Below are positions 49,070 through 58,949 of a DNA stretch of 64,000 bases, one piece after another. Position 1 is the stretch's first letter. Each line of letters opens with the position of its first letter. The DNA lies in NCBI GenBank assembly GCA_035286465.1, contig DATEDF010000124.1:3242-67241 (forward strand), read 5' to 3'. Both the position numbers and the translations under genes were made by a program. Source of the DNA: Gemmatimonadaceae bacterium. GTDB taxonomy: Bacteria; Gemmatimonadota; Gemmatimonadetes; Gemmatimonadales; Gemmatimonadaceae. The notes beneath the pieces were generated by a model. It ran no database searches. It was not told where the DNA came from and saw only the letters and a list, made by a program, of their open reading frames with translations.

Positions 49070-51040
49070 TCAGGGCGTGGCCGGCACCGGCGCCGCGCGG
49101 AGTGACAGCTCCGCCTCCCCCCGGGCCGCGTCGAAGAGCGGCGTCACCGACTCCCCCTGGCGCACGCGCTCGACGCCGCGCTCCGACCTGGCGACGGTCT
49201 CGATGTCGTACCGCCAGACCTCCAACGCGCCCGGGGCGTCGAGCGCGAGCGGCCCGGCGAGCGACAGCTCGGGCGCGAACCGCGCGCCGTCGGGCAGCGA
49301 CGTCGCGTCCCACCAATAGCGCACGCCGAGCGCGCCACCGGCGCCGAATCGCCACCGCACCGTGAATCCGGGCGTCTCGCAGCAGACGGTGATGGCGTCG
49401 CTGTCCACCTCCACCGTCGCCGCGCACCGCGCGCGCGACCAGGAAGCGACCGGCGCATACGACGCCGCGGCGTAGGCCTCTTCGGACAGGTCCGCGCTGA
49501 TGACGCGTGCGACGCCGATCGCGCGGTCGTCGAGGTCCGCGGGCGGCGGCGCCGTGAGCAGGTGCGATCCCTCCAGCTCGTGAATGCTCGGCGTGCCGTC
49601 GTGCCCGGCCGGAGACGTGCGCGGGTGCAGCGAGGGAAGGTGGTACGCCTCGCGCCGGCGCGTGAGCACGTCGGCGTGGTTCACGCCGCGCGCGAAGTGC
49701 GTGAACTCCACGAGCGCGCCGCCGTGCGCCGGGGCGACCACCGCCGACCAGTCGGCGCAATGCACCCAGATCTCCTCGGCGCCGTCGGCGTCGAGGTCGA
49801 GCGTTTCGGCGGCGAGCGGCTCCCCCAAGCGGAGCACTCGCTCGGCGATGGCGAGCTGCCGCCAGACGGCGGCGCGCAGGTGCGGCAGGTAGAGCCCCCC
49901 GAACACGCCGTGCCAGAGCGCATCGTTGCACTGGGCGCGGCCGATCGCGCGGCGCGCCTCCGCCGGGTCGCCGCGCCGCCGGCAGAGCGCGCTCAGTGCG
50001 CACGTCTTCTTGTGCATCCGGTTCGCTTCGGCGTACCGCGCGAGGAAGTTCCGCCAGTGCGAGCCGCGCACGAGCGCGCCGTCGGAGCTGCCCATCCGCT
50101 CCGTTCCGAGCTGGTGCTCGAGCGCGTTGAGCCGGTGAGCCGCGTCCGGCGGGAGCGCCCACCCCTCCATCTCCCGGTACGAAGCGGTCGGCAGGTACGC
50201 GATCCCGCCGCACGGCACCGCGTCCACCGCCTCCCGCCCCGTGCAGAGGCGCAGGACGCCCTCGTCGCGCAACGCGTCGAGCACGTCGCAGAACGCGTCG
50301 AACCAGCCGCGGCGGTAGACCCAGTCGCCGGTTCCGGGCCAGCCACCGAACTTCTCCCCGTCGTCGGCGAACACGGCGAGCGGCCGGCCGGCCGCGTGCA
50401 GCGCGTGCACGTACTCCGCCATCTCTCGCGCCGGGCGGAAGGGGATCAGGTAGCGCAGGCGTTCGTCAATGGCGAGCACCGTCACCGCCATCCCGTCGCT
50501 CTCGGTGCGCCAGGGCACGTGCAACTGGTCGCGGTGGAACCCGCAGACGAGGAAGTGGCGGTCGTCCACGAGCACGTAGCGTATGCCCGCCGACGCCAGG
50601 TCGAACGGCAGCTCCGGCTCCCACACGCGCTCGCTGAGCCAGAGCCCGTCGCCGGCGACGCCGAACCGCGCGTGCAGCGCCTCGCGCAGCCACGCGATCT
50701 GCTCCACGCGGTCCGCGCGCGGGAGCGCGGCGAGGATCGGCTCGTACATCCCCGAGAGCAGGAACTCGATCGCCCCGTCGGCGGCGAGCCGCCCGACCTG
50801 GTCGAGCAGCGCCGCATCGTGCGCTTCGAGCCATTCGAGCAACGGGCCGGAGATGTGCAGCAGCGCCGGCCGGAGGTGGCGGCGCGCGAGCTGATCGAGC
50901 AGCGGGCGATAAACGTCGCGGGCGTGCTCGGCGAAGACGTGATCGAAGTTGCCCACCGGCTGGTGGAGGTGCACGCCGAAGACGAGGCGCACGGGCGGCC
51001 GCGCGGGGGGGAGCGCCGACGCCTGCGTGGCGGGGTTCAC
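49070..51040 (-). CDS. GH57-family alpha-amylase/4-alpha-glucanotransferase-like protein
   Basis: C-terminal 656 codons of track ORF 49070..51571. GTG 51040 overlaps the upstream TGA (GTGA). FGVHLHQPVGNF, WLSERVWEP, DDGEKFGGWPG. Confidence 0.85.
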   Translation of the reverse strand: MNPATQASALPPARPPVRLVFGVHLHQPVGNFDHVFAEHARDVYRPLLDQLARRHLRPALLHISGPLLEWLEAHDAALLDQVGRLAADGAIEFLLSGMYEPILAALPRADRVEQIAWLREALHARFGVAGDGLWLSERVWEPELPFDLASAGIRYVLVDDRHFLVCGFHRDQLHVPWRTESDGMAVTVLAIDERLRYLIPFRPAREMAEYVHALHAAGRPLAVFADDGEKFGGWPGTGDWVYRRGWFDAFCDVLDALRDEGVLRLCTGREAVDAVPCGGIAYLPTASYREMEGWALPPDAAHRLNALEHQLGTERMGSSDGALVRGSHWRNFLARYAEANRMHKKTCALSALCRRRGDPAEARRAIGRAQCNDALWHGVFGGLYLPHLRAAVWRQLAIAERVLRLGEPLAAETLDLDADGAEEIWVHCADWSAVVAPAHGGALVEFTHFARGVNHADVLTRRREAYHLPSLHPRTSPAGHDGTPSIHELEGSHLLTAPPPADLDDRAIGVARVISADLSEEAYAAASYAPVASWSRARCAATVEVDSDAITVCCETPGFTVRWRFGAGGALGVRYWWDATSLPDGARFAPELSLAGPLALDAPGALEVWRYDIETVARSERGVERVRQGESVTPLFDAARGEAELSLRAAPVPATP

Positions 51041-52479
51041 GCGGCCGTTCCAGCGCGTGAGCGGTGCGCGCGCGAGCGATAGACCTGCGCGCCGTCCCCG
51101 GCCCCGGCGTCGTTCGCGGGCGCGACCGCGAGCCGATCGAGCAGGCCGCGCTCGAGCGCGTCGTCGCCGAGGAGCTCGAGCGCGTACGCGGCCAGGCGCA
51201 GCATCAGCACCGTCTCGTGGCCGGCGACGTCGTCGAAGAACCAGGCGCACGAGCCGAACATGCCGAGGCGCGCGCTCACGCCGTCCAGGAGCCGCGTCGC
51301 GCGCTCGGCGTCGGTCCCGTCGCGCACGCGCGCCGCCGCGAACGCGTGGCGCGCGGCGCGCGGGAGCGCGGCCACGGCGCCGAACGCATCGCGCACGCGC
51401 CAGGGGTCCGGGAAGAAAGTGGCGCCCTCCGACTCGAAGCGGTGGTCCAGCTCGCGCGCGAGCCAGTTGAGCGCCGCGCGCAGCGGGCGCCGCCACGCCT
51501 GCGACGTGCCCGGCGTCGCGCGGCACCCACAGTCCGCGCGCCAGCGCTCGACGCCGTGCGGGCAGCTCCACGACGACCCCTCCACGATCCGTGCGTCCAC
51601 GAGCGCCGGCGCGCGCGCGAGCACGGCCGCGAAGTTCTCGATGCGTACCGCGGGCCGCGCGAGGAGGAGCGCGACGGCCCGGGCGAGCGCCATCTCGGCG
51701 AACTTGCGGTGGTGCCCGAAGGTCTCGCCGTCCATCGCGAGCGTCGTGAGCGTGAACGCGTCACGCGAGGCGGTCTCGTCGAGGATCGGCGGCGCGAGGT
51801 GGCGCGCGAGTTCCGCGCCGTCTTCCACGAGCCGGCCGAACGCCACGCCCGGCGAGAGCGTGCCGTCGTACGCGAAGATCGCCAGCTCGCGGCCACCGCC
51901 GGCGACGAAGCGCAGCGGCGCGCCCCCCGACGGCGGAGGCTCCACCTGATGCGGCGCGAGCACCGTGAAGCGCACCCCCTCCTCCGCCAGCACCACCAGC
52001 GTCTCCTCGTCCACGGCGGTCTCGGGAAGCCAGAGCCCTTCGGCGCCGCGGCCGAAACGCCGGCGGAAATCGGCGAGCCCCCACCGCACCTCCGTCACCT
52101 TGTCCCGCCGCGACGCGAGCGGAAGGATCACGTGGTGGTACGGCATCGCGATGGCGTTGCCGTGCCCGCGCAGGCGCCGCACGCTCGCCCGGTCGCCGTC
52201 GAGGATGGCGCGATACACCTCCGGCGCGTTCGGCTCGAGCCAGCGGAGCAGGGTGGTCGCCGCGTCGAAGCTCGCCCACTCGAAGAGATTGACGTGTCCC
52301 TGCACGCGACCGGCCGCGTCGCGCAGGCGGGCCGTCGCGAAGGGGCGGTAACACTCGTGCGTGACGCGCTCGTTCCAGTCGTGGAACGGCGCGGCGGTCG
52401 GCTCCTCCTCCACCTCGTCCCGCCAGGGATTCTCGCGAGGCGGCTGGTAGAAATGGGCGTGGACGACGACCGAGTGCAC
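51037..52479 (-). CDS. GH57-family protein (DUF3536-type)
   Basis: Track ORF 480 aa. VVHAHFYQPPRENPW, NAIAMPYHHVILPL, LWLPETAVD. Confidence 0.8.
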   Translation of the reverse strand: MHSVVVHAHFYQPPRENPWRDEVEEEPTAAPFHDWNERVTHECYRPFATARLRDAAGRVQGHVNLFEWASFDAATTLLRWLEPNAPEVYRAILDGDRASVRRLRGHGNAIAMPYHHVILPLASRRDKVTEVRWGLADFRRRFGRGAEGLWLPETAVDEETLVVLAEEGVRFTVLAPHQVEPPPSGGAPLRFVAGGGRELAIFAYDGTLSPGVAFGRLVEDGAELARHLAPPILDETASRDAFTLTTLAMDGETFGHHRKFAEMALARAVALLLARPAVRIENFAAVLARAPALVDARIVEGSSWSCPHGVERWRADCGCRATPGTSQAWRRPLRAALNWLARELDHRFESEGATFFPDPWRVRDAFGAVAALPRAARHAFAAARVRDGTDAERATRLLDGVSARLGMFGSCAWFFDDVAGHETVLMLRLAAYALELLGDDALERGLLDRLAVAPANDAGAGDGAQVYRSRAHRSRAGTAA

Positions 52480-52486
52480 CGCCGGC

Positions 52487-54136
52487 TCACACCGTCGCCG
52501 GCGCGGGCATCAGCGCGCGCGCGACCGCGTCGAGCACGTCGGGAAAGAGCGCATCCCGTGCCCAGAGCGCCTCCGCCTCCCGCGCCGCGCCGGCCACGTC
52601 CCCCCCGGTCTCGAGACCAGTCACGAGCGATTCCGTCGCCTCGACGTGCAGGCGGAACCTCCGTTCCCCGTAATCGGTCACTTCGCCGGTCGAAATGATG
52701 AACTGCCAGTCCGACGCTTGCGCGAGCATCAGCTCCCGCGCCGCCTGCGCGAGGACAGGCCGGACCGGCGGCAGCGCAAGCGCCGCCGGCGCGACGCGCC
52801 AGAAGCGCTCCTCGACCTCCCAGAGTCGCGTCCACGTCCACGCCGTCCGTGGATTGAGCCACATGCTGAAGTCGCCGTCCCTCCCCCACGACCCGGACGG
52901 CAGATCCAGTGGCGCGACCAGCGTCGAGGCCTGGACGTGCGCCGAGGCCGTCAACGGGCGCACGCCGGGATGCCGCCGGAGCGCCCGGAACGTGTCGGCG
53001 AGGAAGTCCGGGCCCTCGAGCCACCAGTGGCCGAACAGCTCGGCGTCGAACGGCGCCACGATGAGGCGCTCGGCGCGCGACGCGCGGCCATGCGCGACGC
53101 CGTCGAGGAGAGCCGCGAAATGCCCGGCGTGCTCGCGCGCGAGCGCGCGCGCGCGGCCCGGATCGTATTGCCGCTTGTCGCCCAGCGGAACGCCCGCGCC
53201 CGTGACTTCCCAGAGCCGGAGGCCGCCCGGGTACCGGATCTTGTGGAACTCGAGATACGCGGACGCACCGGGATAGCCTTCATCGCGGCTCCACACCCGG
53301 TGCGTCGAGGCCGGGTCGCGCACCAGGGCGCGCACGGCGTTCGGCCCCGACCCGATCGCGTATTCCCGGTACGGCGACCGGACCGCGCCGCCCCTGCCCG
53401 CGGCCGCGCCCGCGCCCGCGCGGTACGCCTCGAGCGGCCGCCCCGCGTTCGCCAAGTGCGAGTCAACGATCACGAACCGGTATCCCGCGTCCTCGAGATG
53501 GCGCTCGAGTCCCGGCCGATCGGCCGCGCGCGGACCGTGCGGCCACGGCGCCCACGGCCCGGCCGGACGGTACGCGCACTCGGGGAGCCAGCAGCCCGCG
53601 CTCGCGCGGCCGAAGAGCCGCTCGTGCTCCGCGCGCCCGGCGAGGAGCTGGAGGCGCACGCTCTCGTCGCGACGGAGGAGCGGCAGGAACGCGTGCGTGG
53701 CCGCGGAGCTCATCAGTTCGATGCGCTCGTCGCGCTCGAGCATCCGCAGCGCGCCGATGAGATCGCCGTCGAGCGCCTCGAACACGCCGGCGACGTGCCG
53801 ATACCGGTCCCGCCAGAACCGAACCACCGGGATGAGCCCTTCCTCGCGGCCGGCCGAGAGCTCCCGCTCCGCGTCGTCGCACGCGGCGAGGCGCTGGGCG
53901 AGAAACGCGCGCAGCTCCGCCGCGAACGAGGGCGCGGCGAGCTGTGCGGCGAGCACCGGCGTCACGCTCACCGTCACCGCCGCGCTCGTCTGCTCGTCGC
54001 GCAGCGTCACCAGCGTGTCGAGGAGCGGAAGGTACGAGTCGAGCGTGGCTTCCATCAGCCAGTCGCTGCCGTGGGGCCAGCGACCGTGCCCCAGCACCCA
54101 GGGCAGATGCGTGTGCAGGACGAGGACGAAGTCCAT
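52487..54136 (-). CDS. GH57-family 1,4-alpha-glucan branching enzyme-like protein
   Basis: Track ORF 52487..54268, start ATG 54136 (MDFVLVLHTHLPWVLGHGRWPHG). ECAYRP and PFDAELFGHWW. Confidence 0.85.
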   Translation of the reverse strand: MDFVLVLHTHLPWVLGHGRWPHGSDWLMEATLDSYLPLLDTLVTLRDEQTSAAVTVSVTPVLAAQLAAPSFAAELRAFLAQRLAACDDAERELSAGREEGLIPVVRFWRDRYRHVAGVFEALDGDLIGALRMLERDERIELMSSAATHAFLPLLRRDESVRLQLLAGRAEHERLFGRASAGCWLPECAYRPAGPWAPWPHGPRAADRPGLERHLEDAGYRFVIVDSHLANAGRPLEAYRAGAGAAAGRGGAVRSPYREYAIGSGPNAVRALVRDPASTHRVWSRDEGYPGASAYLEFHKIRYPGGLRLWEVTGAGVPLGDKRQYDPGRARALAREHAGHFAALLDGVAHGRASRAERLIVAPFDAELFGHWWLEGPDFLADTFRALRRHPGVRPLTASAHVQASTLVAPLDLPSGSWGRDGDFSMWLNPRTAWTWTRLWEVEERFWRVAPAALALPPVRPVLAQAARELMLAQASDWQFIISTGEVTDYGERRFRLHVEATESLVTGLETGGDVAGAAREAEALWARDALFPDVLDAVARALMPAPATV

Positions 54137-54153
54137 CGTCGGGATTGCGGCCG

Positions 54154-55689
54154 TCAAGCCGGCGCCGCCACCCGGGATGCCGCCGCGCGGTAGGCCTCGC
54201 CGTAGGCCTTCAACGCGTGCTCCCAGCCGAAGTCCCGCGCCATTGCGCGCCGCATCGTCGCCACCCACGCGCGGCGATTGGCGAACCGGGCGACGGCGCG
54301 GTCAATGGCCCGGTCGAGCGCCGACGCGTCGAACTCGTCGAACAGGAAACCCGTCGCGTTGTCCACCACCGTGTCGCCGATGCCGCCAACTCTCCGCCCG
54401 ACCACCGGCGCGCCGTAGCGCTGGGCGTGCATCTGCGTCAGGCCGCACGGTTCGTACTGCGAGGGCATCAGCACGATGTCCGCGCCGGCCATCAAGCGGT
54501 GCTCGAGCAGGTCCGTGAAGCCGTACTCGACGGCCACCCGCCCCGGATTCTCCCGCGCGAGCGCCGAGAGCGCCGCCCGGTAGTCCGCATCGCCCATCCC
54601 CAGGAACACGAACTGCGCGTCCAGCGACCGCAGGCGCTCGCTGCGGAGCACGATGTCGAAGCCCTTCTGCCGGACCAGTCTGGCGCTCATCCCGATGAGC
54701 GGCACGTCCGCGCGGCGCGCGAATCCGAAACTGCTCTGCAGCGCGTCCTTGCACGCCGCCTTGCCCGACAGGTCGCGTCGCGAATAGTTCGCCGCGATGA
54801 GCGGATCGCTGGCCGTGTCCCACACGCCCTGGTCAATGCCGTTGCAGATGCCGACGAGCCGCGCGCCGAGCTGCCGGAACGTGTCGTGCAAGCCGAAGCC
54901 GCCCTCCGGCGTGCACAGCTCCCGCGCGTGCGTCGGGCTCACGGTCACCGCCACATCGCAGAACGAGAGACCGCCCTTGAGCACGTTGACCCGGTCGTAC
55001 CACTCGAGGTGGTCGAGGCTCCACAGCTCGTGCGGGAGCCCGAGCGCCGTCAGGGCCGAGTGCGCGAAGTGGCCCTGGTAGCCGGCGTTGTGCACGGAGA
55101 GCACGGTCGGCGTCGGCCCGAAGCGCGAGGCGACGCCCTCGTCAGCGCGGAGGTAGACGGGCACGAGGGCGGCGTGCCAATCGTGCCCGTGCAGCAGCAC
55201 CGGACCGCTCACAAGCTGGCTCACGCCGGCCAGCGCCGCGCGGGAGAGCAGCGCGAACCGCAGGTGATTGTCGGGGTAATCCGCTCCCTGCTCGCCGTAC
55301 AGGCCGGCGCGCTCGAAGTAACGGGGCGCGTCCACGAAGATGACGTGCGGACTCTCGGCGCGACCGGCCTCGCGGAAAAAGCGCACCTTCTCCACGCACT
55401 CGCCCACGGCGACGCGCTGCGGCGGCGCGACCGGCTCCAGGTCGGGCGCGACCTCACGCACCGACGGATAGAGCGGCAGGAAGACGACGACCTTCGCCCC
55501 GACGCGCGCCTGGAAGGTGGCGAGCCCCGCGACGGCTTCCGCGAGGCCGCCGGTGCGCGCGAACGTACCGTATTCGGCGGTTATGTGCACGATCGTGCGT
55601 CGCGCGGGGAGCCTAACGCTGCGTCCGCGCCGCGTCCGGCCGCGCTTCGGCCTCTTGGTTCGCCCGCGTGGGCGTGCCGTGGTTGCCAC
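54154..55689 (-). CDS. glgA: Glycogen synthase (GT5)
   Basis: Track ORF 511 aa. VHITAEYGTFARTGGLAEAV (KTGGL-type motif), HDWHAAL, MPSQYEPCGLTQM. The N-terminus is uncertain (GTG 55689 gives a 32-aa basic extension; GTG 55590 is the alternative). Confidence 0.9.
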   Translation of the reverse strand: MATTARPRGRTKRPKRGRTRRGRSVRLPARRTIVHITAEYGTFARTGGLAEAVAGLATFQARVGAKVVVFLPLYPSVREVAPDLEPVAPPQRVAVGECVEKVRFFREAGRAESPHVIFVDAPRYFERAGLYGEQGADYPDNHLRFALLSRAALAGVSQLVSGPVLLHGHDWHAALVPVYLRADEGVASRFGPTPTVLSVHNAGYQGHFAHSALTALGLPHELWSLDHLEWYDRVNVLKGGLSFCDVAVTVSPTHARELCTPEGGFGLHDTFRQLGARLVGICNGIDQGVWDTASDPLIAANYSRRDLSGKAACKDALQSSFGFARRADVPLIGMSARLVRQKGFDIVLRSERLRSLDAQFVFLGMGDADYRAALSALARENPGRVAVEYGFTDLLEHRLMAGADIVLMPSQYEPCGLTQMHAQRYGAPVVGRRVGGIGDTVVDNATGFLFDEFDASALDRAIDRAVARFANRRAWVATMRRAMARDFGWEHALKAYGEAYRAAASRVAAPA

Positions 55690-55790
55690 TGTCTCGGCGC
55701 TCCGAGTCGTCGAGGGAGAATGGCCAAGGTGCCCCCGCCGAGGGACACTGTCTGTCAGACACCCCCCGAGGGGGCGTAGGGGAAGTTGCT

Positions 55791-55830
55791 CCCGGGGGCG
55801 CCCGGGGGCGCCCGGGGGCGCCCGGAGGGC
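55791..55830. repeat. 10-nt tandem repeat cccgggggcg x3.5 in the glgP-glgA intergenic spacer
   Basis: Read directly at 55791-55800, 55801-55810, 55811-55820 and 55821-55830 (the last copy is degenerate). Confidence 0.9.
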
Positions 55831-55861
55831 CGTCTCGCCCTCGGTTGGCCGCGCGAAACGC

Positions 55862-58048
55862 TCAGGCCGTGGGCGGGGTGTCCGCCATCGCGTCGCCGAC
55901 GATGGACGGCACGTAGTAGTCCCGCACGTAGTCCATCAGCATCCGTCGCGCCGTGAATCGGGCGCCCGACGCGCGCAGCGCGTGCTTCATCACGGAGAGC
56001 CAGCGGCGCGGAAGCCCCGTGGCGTCGAGGTCGTAGAACGTCGGGACGACCTCGTTCTCGAGGAGATCGTAGAACTGCCCCGCCGCCGTCGCGTCGGCTT
56101 CGGCGCTCGTCTCGCCCGATTCGGCGGACGTGATCGCCCAGCCGTTGTGCCCGTCGAATCCCTCCTCCCACCAGCCATCGAGCGTGCTGAGCTGCGGCAC
56201 GCCGTTCAGCCCGGCCTTCATCCCGCTCGTCCCGGACGCCTCCATCGGCACGCGCGGCAGGTTGAGCCAGAGATCCACCCCCTGCACGAGGACGTGGGCC
56301 ATGTGCAGGTCGTAGTCCACGACGAACGCGATGCGGCCTTCGAAGCGGGGATCGCGCGTCGTCTGGTAGACCTCCTGCAGCACCTGCTTCCCGGGCGTGT
56401 CCGCGGGATGCGCCTTCCCCGCGAAGACGATCTGCACGGGCCGCGCCGGATTCGTCAGGATGCGCAGCAGGCGCTCCACATCGTGGAAGATCAGATTCGC
56501 CCGCTTGTAGGTCGCGAAGCGGCGCGCGAAGCCGATCGTCAGCGCGTCGGGAGCGAGGAGGACGCCCGAGCCCACGAGCTGCGCCGCCTCGCGCGAGCGC
56601 TGCGCGAACGCGTGACGCGCCTCCTCGCGCACGAGCGAGAGCAGCGTGCGCTTGAGCCGCATATGCGCGCGCCAGAGCTGCTCGTCGTCCAGTTCGAGCA
56701 CGCGCTCCCAGAGCTCCGGATCGTCCACGCGCGTCCCCCACCCCTCGCCCAGGTGGCGGTCGAGCAGGTCCATCACGGTGTAGGCCATCCAGGTCGCGAG
56801 GTGGACCCCGTTGGTGACGTGGCCGACGGGGATCTCACTCACGCGCAGCGCCGGCCAGAGCGACGCCCAGAGGTGGCGGGTGACCGCTTCGTGCGGCCGG
56901 GACACGCCGTTGACGCGACGGCAGAGGCGGATGGCCGCCACCGGCATGTGGAAGAGCGCATGGTCCACGGCGGGATGACGGCCGAGCGCCACGAACCGCT
57001 CACGGCTGATCGCCATCTCGTCCCAGATCGGCCCCGCGCATTGGGCGACCTGCTCCGTCGGGAACATGTCGTGACCGGCCGGCACCGGTGTGTGCGTCGT
57101 GAAGCTGCTCGTCGCGCGCACCCGTTGCACCGCCTCATCGTACGGCACGCCGCCAGCCACGAGTTCACGCACGCGCTCGATGAGCATGAACGCGGCGTGC
57201 CCCTCGTTGGCGTGCCACGCCGCGGGCTCGATCCCGAGCGCGCGCAGCACGCGCACGCCTCCGACGCCGAGCAGCCACTCCTGCCGCAGGCGCAGCTCGG
57301 GACCGCCCGCGTACAGCTTGCTGAGCAGGCCGCGGTCCTCGTGGTGATTCTCCTCCAGCTCCGTGTCGAGCAGATAGACCGGCACGCGCCCCACCGCGAG
57401 CCGCCACGCCCGGACGCGCACGTCACGCCCCGCGGTGCGGACCACCGTGAGGTACGGCTCCCCGCGCGGGCCGCTGATCGGCTCGAGCGGCGTCTGGCGC
57501 GGGTCGAGGTGATCGTCCACGTCCTCCTGCCAGCCGTCCAGGCGGATGCGCTGGTCGAAGTAGCCGCCCCGATAGAGAATGCCCACGCCGACGAGGGGCA
57601 CGCCGAGGTCGGACGCCGTCTTGCAGTGGTCGCCGGCGAGCACGCCGAGACCGCCCGAGTAGATCGGCACGCTGTAGTAGACCCCGAACTCGGCGCAGAA
57701 GTAGGCCACCGTCCGGCCGCGGAGCGCGGGGTACGTCGTCGCGAACCAGGTGAGATCCGCCGATTTCTCGGACGCCAGCCAGCGCATCACCGCGTCGTAC
57801 CGGGCCAGGAAGTACCGATCGGTCGCGCATTGCGCCAGCCGCTCCGCCCCGACCTCGCCCAGCATCCGGAGGGGATCGTACCGGTTGCGGATCCACAGGT
57901 GCTCGTCAATCGAACGGAAGAGCGCGCGCGCCTCGCGATTCCAGCTCCACGACAGATTGCAGGCGAGGTCGGCGAGGCCGGCGAGGCGCGGCGGGAGAAG
58001 CGGGAAGCTCGGTGGCATTGGGGAGGTGTGCTCGCGCGGGGCGCCCGG
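55862..58048 (-). CDS. glgP: Alpha-glucan (glycogen/maltodextrin) phosphorylase, GT35
   Basis: C-terminal 728 codons of track ORF 55862..58654. ATG 58048 (MPPSFPLLPPRLAGLADLACNLSWSWN). IYSGGLGVLAGD. EASGTSGMKAGLNG carries the PLP lysine. Confidence 0.9.
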   Translation of the reverse strand, partial: PGAPREHTSPMPPSFPLLPPRLAGLADLACNLSWSWNREARALFRSIDEHLWIRNRYDPLRMLGEVGAERLAQCATDRYFLARYDAVMRWLASEKSADLTWFATTYPALRGRTVAYFCAEFGVYYSVPIYSGGLGVLAGDHCKTASDLGVPLVGVGILYRGGYFDQRIRLDGWQEDVDDHLDPRQTPLEPISGPRGEPYLTVVRTAGRDVRVRAWRLAVGRVPVYLLDTELEENHHEDRGLLSKLYAGGPELRLRQEWLLGVGGVRVLRALGIEPAAWHANEGHAAFMLIERVRELVAGGVPYDEAVQRVRATSSFTTHTPVPAGHDMFPTEQVAQCAGPIWDEMAISRERFVALGRHPAVDHALFHMPVAAIRLCRRVNGVSRPHEAVTRHLWASLWPALRVSEIPVGHVTNGVHLATWMAYTVMDLLDRHLGEGWGTRVDDPELWERVLELDDEQLWRAHMRLKRTLLSLVREEARHAFAQRSREAAQLVGSGVLLAPDALTIGFARRFATYKRANLIFHDVERLLRILTNPARPVQIVFAGKAHPADTPGKQVLQEVYQTTRDPRFEGRIAFVVDYDLHMAHVLVQGVDLWLNLPRVPMEASGTSGMKAGLNGVPQLSTLDGWWEEGFDGHNGWAITSAESGETSAEADATAAGQFYDLLENEVVPTFYDLDATGLPRRWLSVMKHALRASGARFTARRMLMDYVRDYYVPSIVGDAMADTPPTA

Positions 58049-58237
58049 CGATGTAGACGAAGAAGGTAGCGTGCGAGGCGCGACGCGGGAAAGATCGTCG
58101 GCTGCGGGCGCGTGCTCGTCGGACGTTCCCCTACGCGCGCCGGGGAAGCGTCCGCCTTGACGGACGGGCGGCGAGCGCCCATGCTGGCAGATGGGGGAAG
58201 GGGTTTCGCGCGAAGCTCCCCGGCGGAGGGACGCTCC

Positions 58238-58684
58238 ATGAAAGCCCGCGACATCATGATGACGCATCCGTCCGTGGTGACACCGGACGACACGATGGCG
58301 GCCGCGGCGCGGATCATGCGCGATCGCAACCTCGGCGTGCTTCCCGTCATTGACGATCTTCTCAGTCGTTGCCTCGCGGGCATCCTCACCGACCACGACA
58401 TCGTCGTGCGGTGCGTCGCCGAGGGGCACGAAGCCGGCTGCCGCGTGCGCGATCACATGACGACGGCACGACTGGTGTGGGTGGACGCCGACGCGGACGT
58501 GAGCGAGGTGGCGGCGAAGATGGAGGAGGCCGGGCTCCGGCGCATTCCCGTGCTCGACGAGGGCCATCGTGTCGTGGGCGTCGTGGTGCTCGCGGACCTC
58601 CACGTGCGGGTCCGGTTGAGCAACCCGGTCCTGGTCGAGGAGCTCGAGCAGCACCTCTATCCGCCGGGCGCCGCGACGACCTGA
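58238..58684 (+). CDS. CBS-pair domain protein
   Basis: Part of track ORF 58112..58684. ATG 58238 is preceded by GGAGGG. Two CBS motifs (ARDIMMTHPSVVTPDD...LGVLPVID; VRDHMT...LRRIPVLD). Confidence 0.8.
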   Translation: MKARDIMMTHPSVVTPDDTMAAAARIMRDRNLGVLPVIDDLLSRCLAGILTDHDIVVRCVAEGHEAGCRVRDHMTTARLVWVDADADVSEVAAKMEEAGLRRIPVLDEGHRVVGVVVLADLHVRVRLSNPVLVEELEQHLYPPGAATT

Positions 58685-58810
58685 ACCCGGCGCGGCGGCG
58701 CAGCGGCGCGGCAGCTCGCCGCCCGCCGTTGGCGGCCGGGAGCGCGCGGCGTATTATCGGTGCACGGACGGACGCCGTCGCGAGGCCCCACTGACACGAG
58801 GAGACTGACG

Positions 58811-58927
58811 ATGGGACGAGGTGACCGCCGTTCGCGGCGCGGGAAGATCTATCGCGGCACGTACGGCAAGCGGCGGCCGCGGCCGAAGCGGAAGAAGAAA
58901 GGAGCGAGCGCCGCCAAGAAGAAGTGA
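58811..58927 (+). CDS. 30S ribosomal protein Thx (38 aa)
   Basis: Below the track cutoff. My translation is MGRGDRRSRRGKIYRGTYGKRRPRPKRKKKGASAAKKK. This is nearly collinear with Thermus Thx ([26 protein letters not shown], from memory). GAGGAG lies 7 nt upstream. Confidence 0.75.
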   Translation: MGRGDRRSRRGKIYRGTYGKRRPRPKRKKKGASAAKKK

Positions 58928-58949
58928 ACGTCACGGCGGGCGCCGCCGC

